DNA from: Promethearchaeota archaeon
Lineage (GTDB): Archaea; Asgardarchaeota; Lokiarchaeia; Sigyniarchaeales; SOKP01
Assembly (NCBI GenBank): GCA_048940645.1
Contig: JBHLOI010000012.1
Coordinates: forward strand, 1-64,000
Length of the DNA: 64,000 bases
Direction of reading: 5' to 3'
This document shows positions 10,292-20,574 of this stretch, one piece after another. A program made the position numbers and the translations under genes. The stretch's first letter is position 1. Every line of letters starts with the position of its first letter. The notes below the pieces were generated by a model, which made no database searches, was not told the DNA's origin, and saw nothing but the letters and a program-made list of their open reading frames with translations.

Positions 10292-11128
10292 TTACATTTT
10301 AGCGTATTTAGGTTTTGTAATGAAACCAAGGAATATCACAAAATTTACGATAATTGTAATAACTTCAGCTACAACAATCATAGATGGGTTCTCTAAAGCA
10401 ATTGAAGTTATAATTGATCTTATTATACTACTAGCAATTAGGCAAAGAAAAGCAATACCAATTAATAATGCATTTGCTTGAGATAATCTTTTATTCTTAT
10501 ACATAAAGAAAAACATAATTGCTAACAATAAATAAATCCCTATAGTAAAATAAGGAAGGGCAAAAATAAGAGCACTCAATGTTGGGGCAATTATTATAAT
10601 CAACAGCATTATCGCTAGATAGATACCAACAATCCCTAGCCTTATCTTATTAAACTGTGATTTATTTACATTTTTTATATACGCACTTATAAGAGCCAAT
10701 GTCGTTTCCAATCCGATATAAAGAACGGGCATGATATTCATGGTCACGATAAGATATCTAATTTTAGTTATGAATAATACAAATTCAGCAGTAGCATTTT
10801 CACTAACAACAATTAAGTTGTTATATATATCATAAATCTTCCCTACTATTAAAATTGAGAAAAATAAAGCAAATAGAAAGTAGGCGTCTGATGTATATAT
10901 AGTTTCTTGTTTAAACCACTTCGCAAAGAGAATAGAACTCATTATTACTAAAATAATTATTCTAATAATCCCAGATATAACCGCAAGCCATGCACCATCA
11001 ACTAGATTTAATACTATTACTAATTCATTCCAAGAAAAAGCAAATAATAATCCGAATCCAGATCCTATAAAAAAACCTGCTATAGCTAAATAAGATTTAT
11101 ATCTTTTTTTCTTTTCCATTTTATTCAC
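10292..11128 (-). CDS. Polytopic membrane protein of unknown function (~8 TM)
   Basis: Repeated hydrophobic segments; no recognisable motif. Confidence 0.75.
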   Translation of the reverse strand: MNKMEKKKRYKSYLAIAGFFIGSGFGLLFAFSWNELVIVLNLVDGAWLAVISGIIRIIILVIMSSILFAKWFKQETIYTSDAYFLFALFFSILIVGKIYDIYNNLIVVSENATAEFVLFITKIRYLIVTMNIMPVLYIGLETTLALISAYIKNVNKSQFNKIRLGIVGIYLAIMLLIIIIAPTLSALIFALPYFTIGIYLLLAIMFFFMYKNKRLSQANALLIGIAFLCLIASSIIRSIITSIALENPSMIVVAEVITIIVNFVIFLGFITKPKYAKM

Positions 11129-11487
11129 TATTATAGAATAGTTATTATGAATTCACTAAGAATTCATAAAAATATTTATTATAAAACTATAAAAAGCCAG
11201 ATATTTTTAATAATGATCTTAAAAGTTAGGCAATAAATGTTTTTTATACAAACGTTATTATCTAAATTGCCTCATTGCGTTAAAGGGGATAAATATTGAT
11301 GAATAATTACCAAGTAAGATTAATATATTAAATCTATTATATACCTACATGAGAAATAATTTTAAATAAAAGTAAGGAATAATTTTTAAATTAAATAAAT
11401 CTTAATTATTAATTTATTCTTTATTATACTATTAAAAAATTAATATTATACATTATTGAGATAAAAACTTTTATGGAGTAATAATAA

Positions 11488-12648
11488 TTGTCTACTATTG
11501 TTGCCTTATCATATTTTCACCGAAAAATTGGTCCATTGGTATTCTATTCTTATCCAAGTGTTATGCTAGATGACCAGTTGTCAATTAGAATTGCTAATAT
11601 TATGGATCAGACTGTTAGTGAAGGTTTTTTTACACACTCATTCGAAAATAAAAATTCTATGAACTTTTATTTTGAAATACATTCAGATTGGAATCGTGGA
11701 AATAAAGAAATGCTAATGATTTCAATTATTCTTGATCGTCATACGTCACCAGAGATAGAGCAAAATATTTCAACTCTTTGTACTGAATTTTCTGAAAAAC
11801 TTCAATCAAACGAGGAAATTTTTACTGCTTTTTACGTAAATGATGTAAATAATTTTGATGAGACTGACAAAGAGTTAATCTTAAAAAATAATTCTTTAAT
11901 AAAAACCTGGGTTAAAGAGCTATACTGGGCTACACTCGAAGAAACTAGAGAAAAAAGTGAAGAAGAAAAAATTGCTACATTATTGAATAAAGAACATATA
12001 TTTTCAACATTAAAAAAGCTATCAAAAGGACCTATAACTTTAGAGGGATTGAATGAGTGGTTTAATGAGATTTTCCCCGATTTAAATTTCAATGAAATAA
12101 TTGACCTTTTAGCAGAAAAACAATTTATTTTCATAAATCAAATCGGGATTGTAGAAAAATACATTTTATTAGTAAAGGAAGTTAATGCTGAAAGAATACC
12201 TCCCGATAGTGTTATCGAGTATATTGATGAGACTCCAGAACAAATCGAAAGAGAACTAATTGACTTGTTAATCCCAAAAGTGCAAGAATATTTTAGTATT
12301 TATGAAAATAAAAGCAGAAAAGAATTAGAAGAAGATACTCTAACATTATTCCAGATAATATCTGATTCACGAAAATATAACGTTCTTTCAGAATTAAGGA
12401 ATGGTTTAATATCAAAAGACAAACTTCCGAAGCTGGTTTCAAAGAGAACACTTGATCACTTAAATACCTCATTAGATTTTCTGAAAAAGTATGATGTTAT
12501 CGAAGAATTGAAGTATAGAAATGAAACTTATATTGTACTAAAAACAAATATTCAAATTACAACAACATTTCCAGAATATTTGAGGAAACTTTTACCAAAA
12601 GAAAGTAAACCTGTTGTAGCGAAAAAATACATTCCAAAAAATCGATAA
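11488..12648 (+). CDS. Longin/uDENN-domain protein with C-terminal winged-helix-like regions (NPRL2-like eukaryotic signature protein)
   Basis: N-terminus VALSYFHRKIGPLVFYSYP matches the F-H-x3-G-P-x5-P opening of longin/uDENN proteins such as NPRL2; 386 aa; TTG start with GGAG upstream. Confidence 0.65.
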   Translation: MSTIVALSYFHRKIGPLVFYSYPSVMLDDQLSIRIANIMDQTVSEGFFTHSFENKNSMNFYFEIHSDWNRGNKEMLMISIILDRHTSPEIEQNISTLCTEFSEKLQSNEEIFTAFYVNDVNNFDETDKELILKNNSLIKTWVKELYWATLEETREKSEEEKIATLLNKEHIFSTLKKLSKGPITLEGLNEWFNEIFPDLNFNEIIDLLAEKQFIFINQIGIVEKYILLVKEVNAERIPPDSVIEYIDETPEQIERELIDLLIPKVQEYFSIYENKSRKELEEDTLTLFQIISDSRKYNVLSELRNGLISKDKLPKLVSKRTLDHLNTSLDFLKKYDVIEELKYRNETYIVLKTNIQITTTFPEYLRKLLPKESKPVVAKKYIPKNR

Positions 12649-12719
12649 GTCAATCTCTATTTAAGTAGATTTAAAATTTTAGAAGCATAATTCCCAATAA
12701 AGAATAATACAGTAGATTT

Positions 12720-12977
12720 ATGATGAAGAAGGGGGAAAAATCTCCTGAGGATATAAAATATCTTTTAGGAAATATGGGAATTGAAATCCTATATGCGATA
12801 GAAAAAGGTGCCAAAGATATTGAAACCATTAAATTATTTTCGGGAGTTTCAATGGAATGTATCAAAGGAAGACTTCCAGTGCTAATGGATCTGAACCTTA
12901 TTGAAAAAAAAGAAAAAGGATTTTCTTTAACTTTGAAAGGATATGATTTCAAAAAAAGGATTGAAAAGTCTGATTAA
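12720..12977 (+). CDS. Small winged helix-turn-helix protein
   Basis: EILYAIEKG...LPVLMDLNLIEKKEKGFSLTLKG is a typical wHTH wing pattern. Confidence 0.75.
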   Translation: MMKKGEKSPEDIKYLLGNMGIEILYAIEKGAKDIETIKLFSGVSMECIKGRLPVLMDLNLIEKKEKGFSLTLKGYDFKKRIEKSD

Positions 12978-13062
12978 TTTAAATTTCAGATTGGGGCGAC
13001 AACGTCATTGCTACGAGCAATAGCTCAAACCAATTGTCATAAGTTCATCATTAATCTAAATT
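12976..13062 (-). ncRNA. C/D box guide sRNA (candidate)
   Basis: Minus strand: C box ATGATGA (13051-13045), D' TTGA, internal hairpin, C'-like ATGACG, D box CTGA (12989-12986); 10-bp terminal stem AATTTAGATT/AATTTAAATT; GC-richer than flanks. Confidence 0.72.
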
Positions 13063-13089
13063 ACTAAATAGATCTAATTCAATATTTTA

Positions 13090-13548
13090 TTAAACTTTTT
13101 TGGAGTAATATTTCCTTTCATAATACCCTGGTTTTTTTGGTCCACCACATTCTTTAATTAACTTCTTTAATCCGTCTTTTTTTTGTATTTGATTTTTAAG
13201 TTTTTTATAAAATTTTAGATTAATTTCTTTTCTCTTAAATAAATAGTCGAGTATCTCAAGGGCTTCATCATTATTAGTACATCTTCTGATAAAATCAATT
13301 ACCCCTGGATCCCTTAAATCTTCCTTATAATCTTCAGTTTTAGTAAGGTCTTTAGCTTTACTCTTGGATTCAATATTAAAGTCTACTGAATCTATTTTAA
13401 TCGATTTCTTTTTCTTTAAAATTTCTGACATTAGATTAGGAAACTGTTTTTCTAATTCGCTTTTTTCATATGCGATTTTTAATCCATCAAAATCGATTAC
13501 TTTTGGCTTTTTTAAAGCATTTTCCTTATTCTTTTGCTTTTTTTCCAT
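13090..13548 (-). CDS. DUF2095-family archaeal protein
   Basis: PGVIDFIRRCTNNDEALEILDYL...G.KKPGYY motif. Confidence 0.75.
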   Translation of the reverse strand: MEKKQKNKENALKKPKVIDFDGLKIAYEKSELEKQFPNLMSEILKKKKSIKIDSVDFNIESKSKAKDLTKTEDYKEDLRDPGVIDFIRRCTNNDEALEILDYLFKRKEINLKFYKKLKNQIQKKDGLKKLIKECGGPKKPGYYERKYYSKKV

Positions 13549-13846
13549 TTATGAGATTACCATTTTCTGGTATTATCTTCAAGGAATTATTAATTAAAAT
13601 ATTATAATCTGGAATTTATAATTTATTATCCATTAAAAAGTAGGTAGATATGAATTGCTGATAAATTCCAATAAGATCCTAATAAAATTTTTAGAGAATT
13701 TGAATTTATCTTTCTAAAGGAGATATTTAAGACTGTTTCAAATTATTTTAAGCCTTTAAACTTTTATATAAAAATCTATCAAAATAATAAAATTAATTAG
13801 TTTTTCACTATTTCAATAAATATTCTCAATTAATAAAAGAGAAGTT

Positions 13847-14431
13847 ATGAAGTCGGGATATAGTTTTGTAAAGGAAACTTTCGAGAAGCATGAAACGGGT
13901 TATAAGACCCCCCATTGGTATAGAGGAATCGAATATAGGAAAGGGAAAGCAATACAGAGGATAGAAAAGCCAACTAAGCTCCATAGAGCAAGATCCTTAG
14001 GATATAAAGCGAAACAAGGTTATATCATTGTAAGAGCAAGGATAAGAAAAGGTGGAATGCATAAAGTCCGACCTAAACGCGGTAGAAAACCAAGAGCTAT
14101 GGGAGTTTCAAAATATACAACAGGTAAGAATCTTCAATGGATTGCTGAGGAACGCGTTCAGAGAAAATACCCAAATATGCAAGTATTAAATAGTTATAAA
14201 ATCTATTCTGATGGAAGACATTGGTATTATGAGGTTATATTAGTTGATCCCAGTCATCCTGTAATAAAATCAGATCCTAAAGTAAATTGGATATGTGAAC
14301 CAGCTCATAAGAAAAGAGTAACTAGGGGTCTAACTTCAGCTGGAAAAAGAGGTAGAGGGTTACGTAAAAAAGGGTGGGGATCTGAGAAAACTCGACCAAG
14401 TATTTCAGCAAATAAAGGGCGGGGTAAATAA
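13847..14431 (+). CDS. rpl15e: 50S ribosomal protein L15e
   Basis: [56 protein letters not shown]. Confidence 0.97.
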   Translation: MKSGYSFVKETFEKHETGYKTPHWYRGIEYRKGKAIQRIEKPTKLHRARSLGYKAKQGYIIVRARIRKGGMHKVRPKRGRKPRAMGVSKYTTGKNLQWIAEERVQRKYPNMQVLNSYKIYSDGRHWYYEVILVDPSHPVIKSDPKVNWICEPAHKKRVTRGLTSAGKRGRGLRKKGWGSEKTRPSISANKGRGK

Positions 14432-14492
14432 TTTCCTTTTCAACTCGTGTTTTTAAGAAATGAATCATAAAACCACAGATTGATTTGACACT

Positions 14493-17400
14493 TTAATCTT
14501 CTTTTTTTTCTCCATACAACAAATCTGGATAAATCGGTTCAAATTTCTCATTAAATAATTTATGATTCATCCAAATTTTATCTTTATCGTTCCAAATAAG
14601 ATTCTTTAGAGGATTATAAGAATCTAGGAACTCTAAATTACCATAAACGGACTTTAACAAATGTTTTCCATCAATTAAATCAGTTAATATTAGATAGTGC
14701 TTAATCTCAAAATATTGGAATATGAGATCGAAAACCTTAAAAAATTCGTCCATTTCGCATTTTGGGAACCAAATATCAATTAAAAAACCATTTTCAAATG
14801 GCTTTACGTCTTCAAACCCATAAATATATAACTCTCCTTCAATCTCATATATATGACACATGTTAAAAAAGCTAAATATTTTGATAATTTTCTCATTAAA
14901 CGCCTTCTTCACGTTGGGTAAAATAATTGAAACTCTATCTTGAAAATCCAAATTTTTTAATGATAAATAAGGAAAAATTAATTTCTTTTTAAGTAGATCA
15001 GTTATATAATTAATTGTGGTATATTTTTTCGTGCCTAAATATGATTTAATATCAATTGAATATCTATTATAAATCTGTGACAAGCTATTATATTCTTCAG
15101 ATTCAGGTCCATAAACATCCGAATCATTTATGGAATCGAAATCGAACTCTCTTATGCTTTGAATTTTTGGATCATAAGAGGGGTTAAATAGAACATTCTG
15201 TACATAATATTTAAATCTCATCGAAGAATAGTCCCAACCCGCTTTTCTCAGATTTCGATCAAATTGAACTATTTCATAGAACTTTTTTTTATAGAAAAGA
15301 CAATATTCACTAACTAATTTTTTCGATTTAATAAGCCAATTTAGATATGATGTATTAGGTGTTCTATATGGATAGATGAAAGAACTATAAATCATTTGAT
15401 TAATATCAATGCAAGCAGGATATTTAATCTCTTGAAAAGAATTTGCAAATAAAATTTTGAAGTTGATATCATTATATTGAAAAGGTCTAAAATACAAATT
15501 ATATTGCGAAACACCAAATTTTCGAAATAACGGTAGAAAATTTACGCAATTTACATATTTTTGGAAAAAGTTTGCATTTTTAATATCAATTATCTTCAAA
15601 GTATTTAAGATTATATGACTTAAATTCTCTCGAAATTCATTTAATTCAATAATTTTATTCGAATCAAAATCGATATCATAATTATAAATTCTTTTTTGTA
15701 TGGTATTTATTAAATAATTAATATCTTGGGTTGTTGACCAAAAAAAATCTTGAAAATCATTATCCAATTGAAATTTAGGGCATCTCATTTTTTTTCCCAG
15801 AATATTCTGAGAAAAGAGTAAAAGTTGTTCAAATAAATCTTTTGAATAAAAGAAATTTTTGTTTTCAAAATCATAAAACTCAAAATATTGCAAGTTTGAG
15901 GCTCTTTCTACGCCTCTCCAAAAATATCTTTTTAAAGATAAAATCGATTTTCTTAGATAATTATATAGGATTGAGATAAATAATTCCTTCTCCTCAATAT
16001 TCGTCATATAGATATTCATACTAATGAATTTTTTCTGAGTATTCAAATCTAACCTTTCGTGTATAAATGCTCTTGGAAAGTACATTTTTAACTGATTAAG
16101 TAATTTTCGTATCTCAGGAGTATTTTCGACAAGTAATGTTGGAAAGTATTTAGCAAAAGTACTTGTAAAAATTGTATTAATCAAAAGAGGTTTAATCAGA
16201 GGTGGCTCATGATCTAAAAACTTTTGTATAGTTAACTCAATCTTCTCATTTGTTATATCATCCTTACTCATTAATTTAAAAGATTTTTGAATTCTTTCTT
16301 TTTTTATTTTAATTATTTCTTCAATTAAATGAGAACTTTGTTGTTTGAGAATCTTCTCTATTATACTTATATCAAATATTTTTAGGTTATAACAAGATTT
16401 TAAAACATTAAAAAACAACTGAAATTTTTCTATTTCATTCTTATAATCCTCTTTAGAACGGAAATATAATGGAATAACATCATGGTATATTATTTTTTTT
16501 AGATCTGGGTTTTGAATAAGTATATTATCTTCAATTATACGAGAAATATTAGTTAATGTAAAAAGATCTCTATTAGAAAGTTCAATATTATTTTCTAAAA
16601 TATTTTCTATTAATCCTAAATAGTGTAGTAATTCATTTAATATATGGTATATATATAAAAATCCTTTTGTATGATTTTTTTCTAAAAAATATAAAAATTT
16701 CTTTCTAGTTTCATGGGAATTTGAAATTTTATATAAGATTACTTTAAAATCTTTAACAAAATTTAATTGTTTTCTTAAATCGTTTTCAAAATCATCTTTA
16801 ATTGCATTTAAAGTTTCTGATCTTTTATCGAATGTCAAACCAGTTGTTGAGACATAATGTATTCGTTGAAGAATTTTAAAATCAAAAACAGAAAACGGAA
16901 TTGAATATGATTTATCAGGGAATTCTATTTTATGCTCAATTTCAAGCTTTTTTTTATATTCTATACTATTAGGATTAACAATTTTTTTTGTGTTAGAAAT
17001 ATCATTAAAGTAATTTAAATTTATAAATGATGTCTTAGTTGAAATTAAATTTATACTTTTTTGAATTATATAACCATTTGATTCTAATATATTGAAATAA
17101 GTTATTAGATCACTTAAATACACTTTCGGAATGATAAATAATAAAGAAACATCTGCTGCAAAACTATTTTCTGTTACTTTTGGTGAGCTAAGAAAGGGTA
17201 ATTCTTCAACTATTTTTTTAATTTTGTATCTTTCTAAAAGGGGATTAAATCTTATCAGACACCCTACAAGGCATAAACCCATTAAATTATAAGAGATATC
17301 ATATGAAGGAGCTATGGTTGCAGAACATTTATTAATCCACTGCATATTTTCAATGAACTTTCTTAAACTTAAATCAGTATCAAATCTTTCGATTTCTTTG

Positions 17401-18122
17401 AATTTTTTAAACAAAGTATAATAATTTGATAAATTTTGATAGGATTTTGTCTCATAAAATAATTTGATAAACATTCTAAGAGTTTCGATGACATTTTCAT
17501 TAAATAAAGATCTAGAAGTGCTATACGTGTATCTTTCGTAAATTATGTCATAAAAATGGTCAATATTAGAATTCTCAAATAATAATGTCTTTTCTCTTAT
17601 TTCCTTAAAAAAAAATTGAACTGAACTCTCTAGTGGATCGTTTGCTTCTATTTTAAAGAATTTTTGCAATTTATCAAATTGTTTATTTAAAAACTCCCTG
17701 TTTACTAAAGAATCTCTTAAATAGCTTTTCCACTCTTTATAGGATCCTAATTTTTTAAGATCATTTTCAACAATTTGATTAATACAAATTTTTACGAGGT
17801 CACTTACCCTTTCTGGAAGAAAACTATAATATGCTTCTCTAAGTAAAATAAAAGGTAAAAACTCTTTATAGTTTTTATTAATTTCAATTGAAACTTTATC
17901 ATTTTGATAAATTTTATTAACCCCAAAATCGAGAATATTTATTTTATTCTTTTTTTCAGAGACTTTTGATATTAATTTAATTACATAATTTTTATGTAGG
18001 GGTTGCAGCTTAAGATAATCAATTAGCTCTGATAATAATGTGAAAAAAACATTTTGGACCTGATTTAATGCTTTTCCTTTAGATATTTCCTCTAAAATCT
18101 CATTATCTATTTGTACAGGCAT
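14493..18122 (-). CDS. Giant (1209 aa) hypothetical protein, possibly a multi-repeat Lrp/AsnC-like regulator
   Basis: Internally repeated segments (PSYDISYNLMGLCLVGCLIRF; NFLPLFRKFGVSQYNLYF; LIFPYLSLKNLDFQDRVSIIL) resemble the wHTH-to-RAM linker of Lrp/AsnC proteins; N-terminal ILLREAYY resembles a degenerate HExxH. Confidence 0.55.
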   Translation of the reverse strand: MPVQIDNEILEEISKGKALNQVQNVFFTLLSELIDYLKLQPLHKNYVIKLISKVSEKKNKINILDFGVNKIYQNDKVSIEINKNYKEFLPFILLREAYYSFLPERVSDLVKICINQIVENDLKKLGSYKEWKSYLRDSLVNREFLNKQFDKLQKFFKIEANDPLESSVQFFFKEIREKTLLFENSNIDHFYDIIYERYTYSTSRSLFNENVIETLRMFIKLFYETKSYQNLSNYYTLFKKFKEIERFDTDLSLRKFIENMQWINKCSATIAPSYDISYNLMGLCLVGCLIRFNPLLERYKIKKIVEELPFLSSPKVTENSFAADVSLLFIIPKVYLSDLITYFNILESNGYIIQKSINLISTKTSFINLNYFNDISNTKKIVNPNSIEYKKKLEIEHKIEFPDKSYSIPFSVFDFKILQRIHYVSTTGLTFDKRSETLNAIKDDFENDLRKQLNFVKDFKVILYKISNSHETRKKFLYFLEKNHTKGFLYIYHILNELLHYLGLIENILENNIELSNRDLFTLTNISRIIEDNILIQNPDLKKIIYHDVIPLYFRSKEDYKNEIEKFQLFFNVLKSCYNLKIFDISIIEKILKQQSSHLIEEIIKIKKERIQKSFKLMSKDDITNEKIELTIQKFLDHEPPLIKPLLINTIFTSTFAKYFPTLLVENTPEIRKLLNQLKMYFPRAFIHERLDLNTQKKFISMNIYMTNIEEKELFISILYNYLRKSILSLKRYFWRGVERASNLQYFEFYDFENKNFFYSKDLFEQLLLFSQNILGKKMRCPKFQLDNDFQDFFWSTTQDINYLINTIQKRIYNYDIDFDSNKIIELNEFRENLSHIILNTLKIIDIKNANFFQKYVNCVNFLPLFRKFGVSQYNLYFRPFQYNDINFKILFANSFQEIKYPACIDINQMIYSSFIYPYRTPNTSYLNWLIKSKKLVSEYCLFYKKKFYEIVQFDRNLRKAGWDYSSMRFKYYVQNVLFNPSYDPKIQSIREFDFDSINDSDVYGPESEEYNSLSQIYNRYSIDIKSYLGTKKYTTINYITDLLKKKLIFPYLSLKNLDFQDRVSIILPNVKKAFNEKIIKIFSFFNMCHIYEIEGELYIYGFEDVKPFENGFLIDIWFPKCEMDEFFKVFDLIFQYFEIKHYLILTDLIDGKHLLKSVYGNLEFLDSYNPLKNLIWNDKDKIWMNHKLFNEKFEPIYPDLLYGEKKED

Positions 18123-18339
18123 AAAAACAGATATAATTTCTCTAAATTATTAGACATTTTTCTATTTCTTAATTAATATTATTCTCTTTTTATAATTTTA
18201 GAATCGTTTACTTTAAAAATATATAATTTTTTAGGTTAATTTCTTTTTAAACTAATTTTTTGATGTCCATTTTTTTCGTTTATTTTAAAAATATATATTA
18301 AAATATTTAGTTGCTTATCGCAAATAACAGGAAAGAGGA

Positions 18340-18378
18340 ATGGCAAAGATGCCATACGGTGGAGAAAATGGAGGTTAA
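18340..18378 (+). CDS. Putative 12-aa micro-peptide MAKMPYGGENGG
   Basis: ATG GCA AAG ATG CCA TAC GGT GGA GAA AAT GGA GGT TAA, preceded by purine-rich AGGAAAGAGGA and an upstream TATA-like tract; GC-rich relative to the surrounding spacer; followed by an inverted repeat and poly-T. Confidence 0.5.
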   Translation: MAKMPYGGENGG

Positions 18379-18388
18379 ATAGTTAGAT

Positions 18389-18472
18389 TTAGAATCCTCT
18401 ACAATAAATCAAGTTTTATCAAATTTTAACACCGACTCTAAGGATTCTAATGTGTTTTTTCTCTTTTTTTTT
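18389..18472 (+). terminator. Inverted repeat plus oligo-T terminator downstream of the micro-ORF
   Basis: TTAGAATCCT (18389-18398) and AGGATTCTAA (18441-18450) form a perfect 10-bp inverted repeat, followed by TTTTTTCTCTTTTTTTTT. Confidence 0.55.
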
Positions 18473-18560
18473 TAAGATATGAATATTATTCATTGAGTTT
18501 ATAAATTTTTGGTTAGACCAGATAGTAATTAAATTCGTTATTATAATCAGGTTTTTATAA

Positions 18561-19733
18561 GTGATATCTAAGTCTAATTCGTTTGTATATTTTTACACGT
18601 ATTTTAATGCAGAAATGATACTCACATATACAAATAGTTATTTACCTATTTATTTTTCAAATATTATTAAAATAGATATAGGTCAGCTTTCATTTATTCT
18701 CTTTTTTTCATATCTAGCATTATTTTCACGGCCTCTTATCTCGATTTATTTTGATAGAAAGGATTCAAAAAAAAGGTATTTAATAATTGCTAGCGGGTTA
18801 GGGATTTTAGTAAGTTTTTTATTATTAATTTTTAATTTGCATTTAACTGTATTATTTGGTATTTTCTACGCACTTCTATTAACCTCTATTTCAGTAAATA
18901 TTGTAGGAGTAAATAAGATTATGATTTCCTGTTCAGAAGATAACAACAGCAAAAGTAAAAATGCTTTATACATTCAAGTTGGGTCAATCTTTGGTAGTTT
19001 ATTTCCGATAATTCTTTTTTTAATAAGTGTAGGCTCAGCATCTAATTGGAACACCTTTTTTATTATTGGTATACTCTTTACCACACCTATATCAATCTTT
19101 ACATTTCTCCTCAAAGAAAAAAAAAAGGATTCTTATCGTGTAAAAGATGATGTAAGAAAATCGTTTGATAAAAAAAATATAATTTTAGTGTGTTTATTTC
19201 TATTCTTTGCTTTCTCAGACAGGTTATTTTCGTATTCAATTAAACCCTGGATTTCAATTCAGACGAGCACTGCATTTTTCTCAATATTATGGTTTATTCT
19301 AATTTTGATTTATACACTAGGAAATTTAATCGGTGGTTGGGCTTTTAAGAAGTTAAATTGTAAAAAGACACTTCTTATTACTACTTTATTAATAGGTTTC
19401 TCGCTCTTTTTTGTTGCTTTTATCGTCAATTTTAATTTCTCATTATCTTTAATTATTTATGGACTGTATTTTTTCATTTCTGGTCTGTTTTTGATTAAAT
19501 TAATTCCTTATAAAATGGAACTTGCTCAAAATAGAGTGTTCTATTATCAATTAATGACAATGTCTAGCGTTTTAGCAAGCATTATTTTTACTCCAATAGG
19601 GACATTCTTTTATCAATATATTGAAACAGATATTATAATCATGATTTCAGGAATCTTGATAATATTATCTACCATTCCTTTTTATTTTGTTAAAATAAGT
19701 AAAGAAGAAGGTTATAATTTAATAAAAAAATAA
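18561..19733 (+). CDS. MFS transporter
   Basis: ~12 hydrophobic segments; motif A-like ISIYFDRKDSKKR and GNLIGGWAFKKLNCKK. Confidence 0.8.
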   Translation: MISKSNSFVYFYTYFNAEMILTYTNSYLPIYFSNIIKIDIGQLSFILFFSYLALFSRPLISIYFDRKDSKKRYLIIASGLGILVSFLLLIFNLHLTVLFGIFYALLLTSISVNIVGVNKIMISCSEDNNSKSKNALYIQVGSIFGSLFPIILFLISVGSASNWNTFFIIGILFTTPISIFTFLLKEKKKDSYRVKDDVRKSFDKKNIILVCLFLFFAFSDRLFSYSIKPWISIQTSTAFFSILWFILILIYTLGNLIGGWAFKKLNCKKTLLITTLLIGFSLFFVAFIVNFNFSLSLIIYGLYFFISGLFLIKLIPYKMELAQNRVFYYQLMTMSSVLASIIFTPIGTFFYQYIETDIIIMISGILIILSTIPFYFVKISKEEGYNLIKK

Positions 19734-19755
19734 ATATATGTTATTAATCGATTCT

Positions 19756-20559
19756 TCACAATTTGTTAATACTTACTGTCATACCACCATCTAAAATAAT
19801 ATTTTGTCCCGTGATATAATCAGCTGCTGGTGATGCTAAAAATAAGGCAACTTCAGCAACATCCTTCGCTTCCCCAATTCTATCTATGGGAAGTTTCACA
19901 CCTCTCGTTTTTAAAAGCATTCTAATAAGGGTTGGATCATTTTTGTATATAGGAGTCAAAAGAACTCCCGGTGAAATAGCATTAACTGTTATATTACTAG
20001 ATCCCAATTCAAGAGCCCATAGTTTAGTAAATGCTATAAGTGTTGCTTTACTAGCACTATATACACCGAAGAAAGGATTATAACCATTTTCTGTTCCTGC
20101 ACATGAGGCAATGTTGATAATTTTTCCAACTATTGGTTTAAATTGCTTCTGTCTTTTCATCCTTCTAAAAAAAGCTTTTGTTACATTCCAAGCTCCCTTA
20201 GCATTGACTGCCATAACCTTATCGTAAATTTCTTCTTTAGTTTTTAATGAAGTATATAATCCACTATCAATACCTGCATTATTCACCAATAAAAATACGT
20301 TATCAAATTTCTTAAAGACTTGATCTGCCATTACTTTTATTTCATTTGAATTTGAAATGTCTGCTTTTGCAATTAGCGCTTCTACATTAAATTCATTTAA
20401 AATAATTTCTCGAGTTTCCCTCAAACCTTCTAAATTGATGTCATTTATTACTATATCTGCACCATTGCTTGCAAAAGCTTTTGCCATTTCTCTTCCAAAA
20501 CCAGCACTTCCAGCTCCCGTTATGAGAGCAACTTTTCCTTCCAAAAATTTTTCATTCAA
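19756..20559 (-). CDS. Short-chain dehydrogenase/reductase (classical SDR)
   Basis: ITGAGSAGFG, LVNNAG, YSASK, VNAISPG, YITGQ..LDGG. Confidence 0.93.
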   Translation of the reverse strand: MNEKFLEGKVALITGAGSAGFGREMAKAFASNGADIVINDINLEGLRETREIILNEFNVEALIAKADISNSNEIKVMADQVFKKFDNVFLLVNNAGIDSGLYTSLKTKEEIYDKVMAVNAKGAWNVTKAFFRRMKRQKQFKPIVGKIINIASCAGTENGYNPFFGVYSASKATLIAFTKLWALELGSSNITVNAISPGVLLTPIYKNDPTLIRMLLKTRGVKLPIDRIGEAKDVAEVALFLASPAADYITGQNIILDGGMTVSINKL

Positions 20560-20574
20560 ATTTAATCATCCCTC

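Noticed and set aside
11270-11360. TGATGA in the spacer upstream of the longin gene as a second C/D sRNA
   Set aside because: No properly spaced CTGA D box or terminal stem was found.
12976-13062. SECIS interpretation of the structured element
   Set aside because: The adjacent genes show no in-frame TGA at a plausible Sec site, and the perfect C/D boxes with terminal stem fit a C/D sRNA better.
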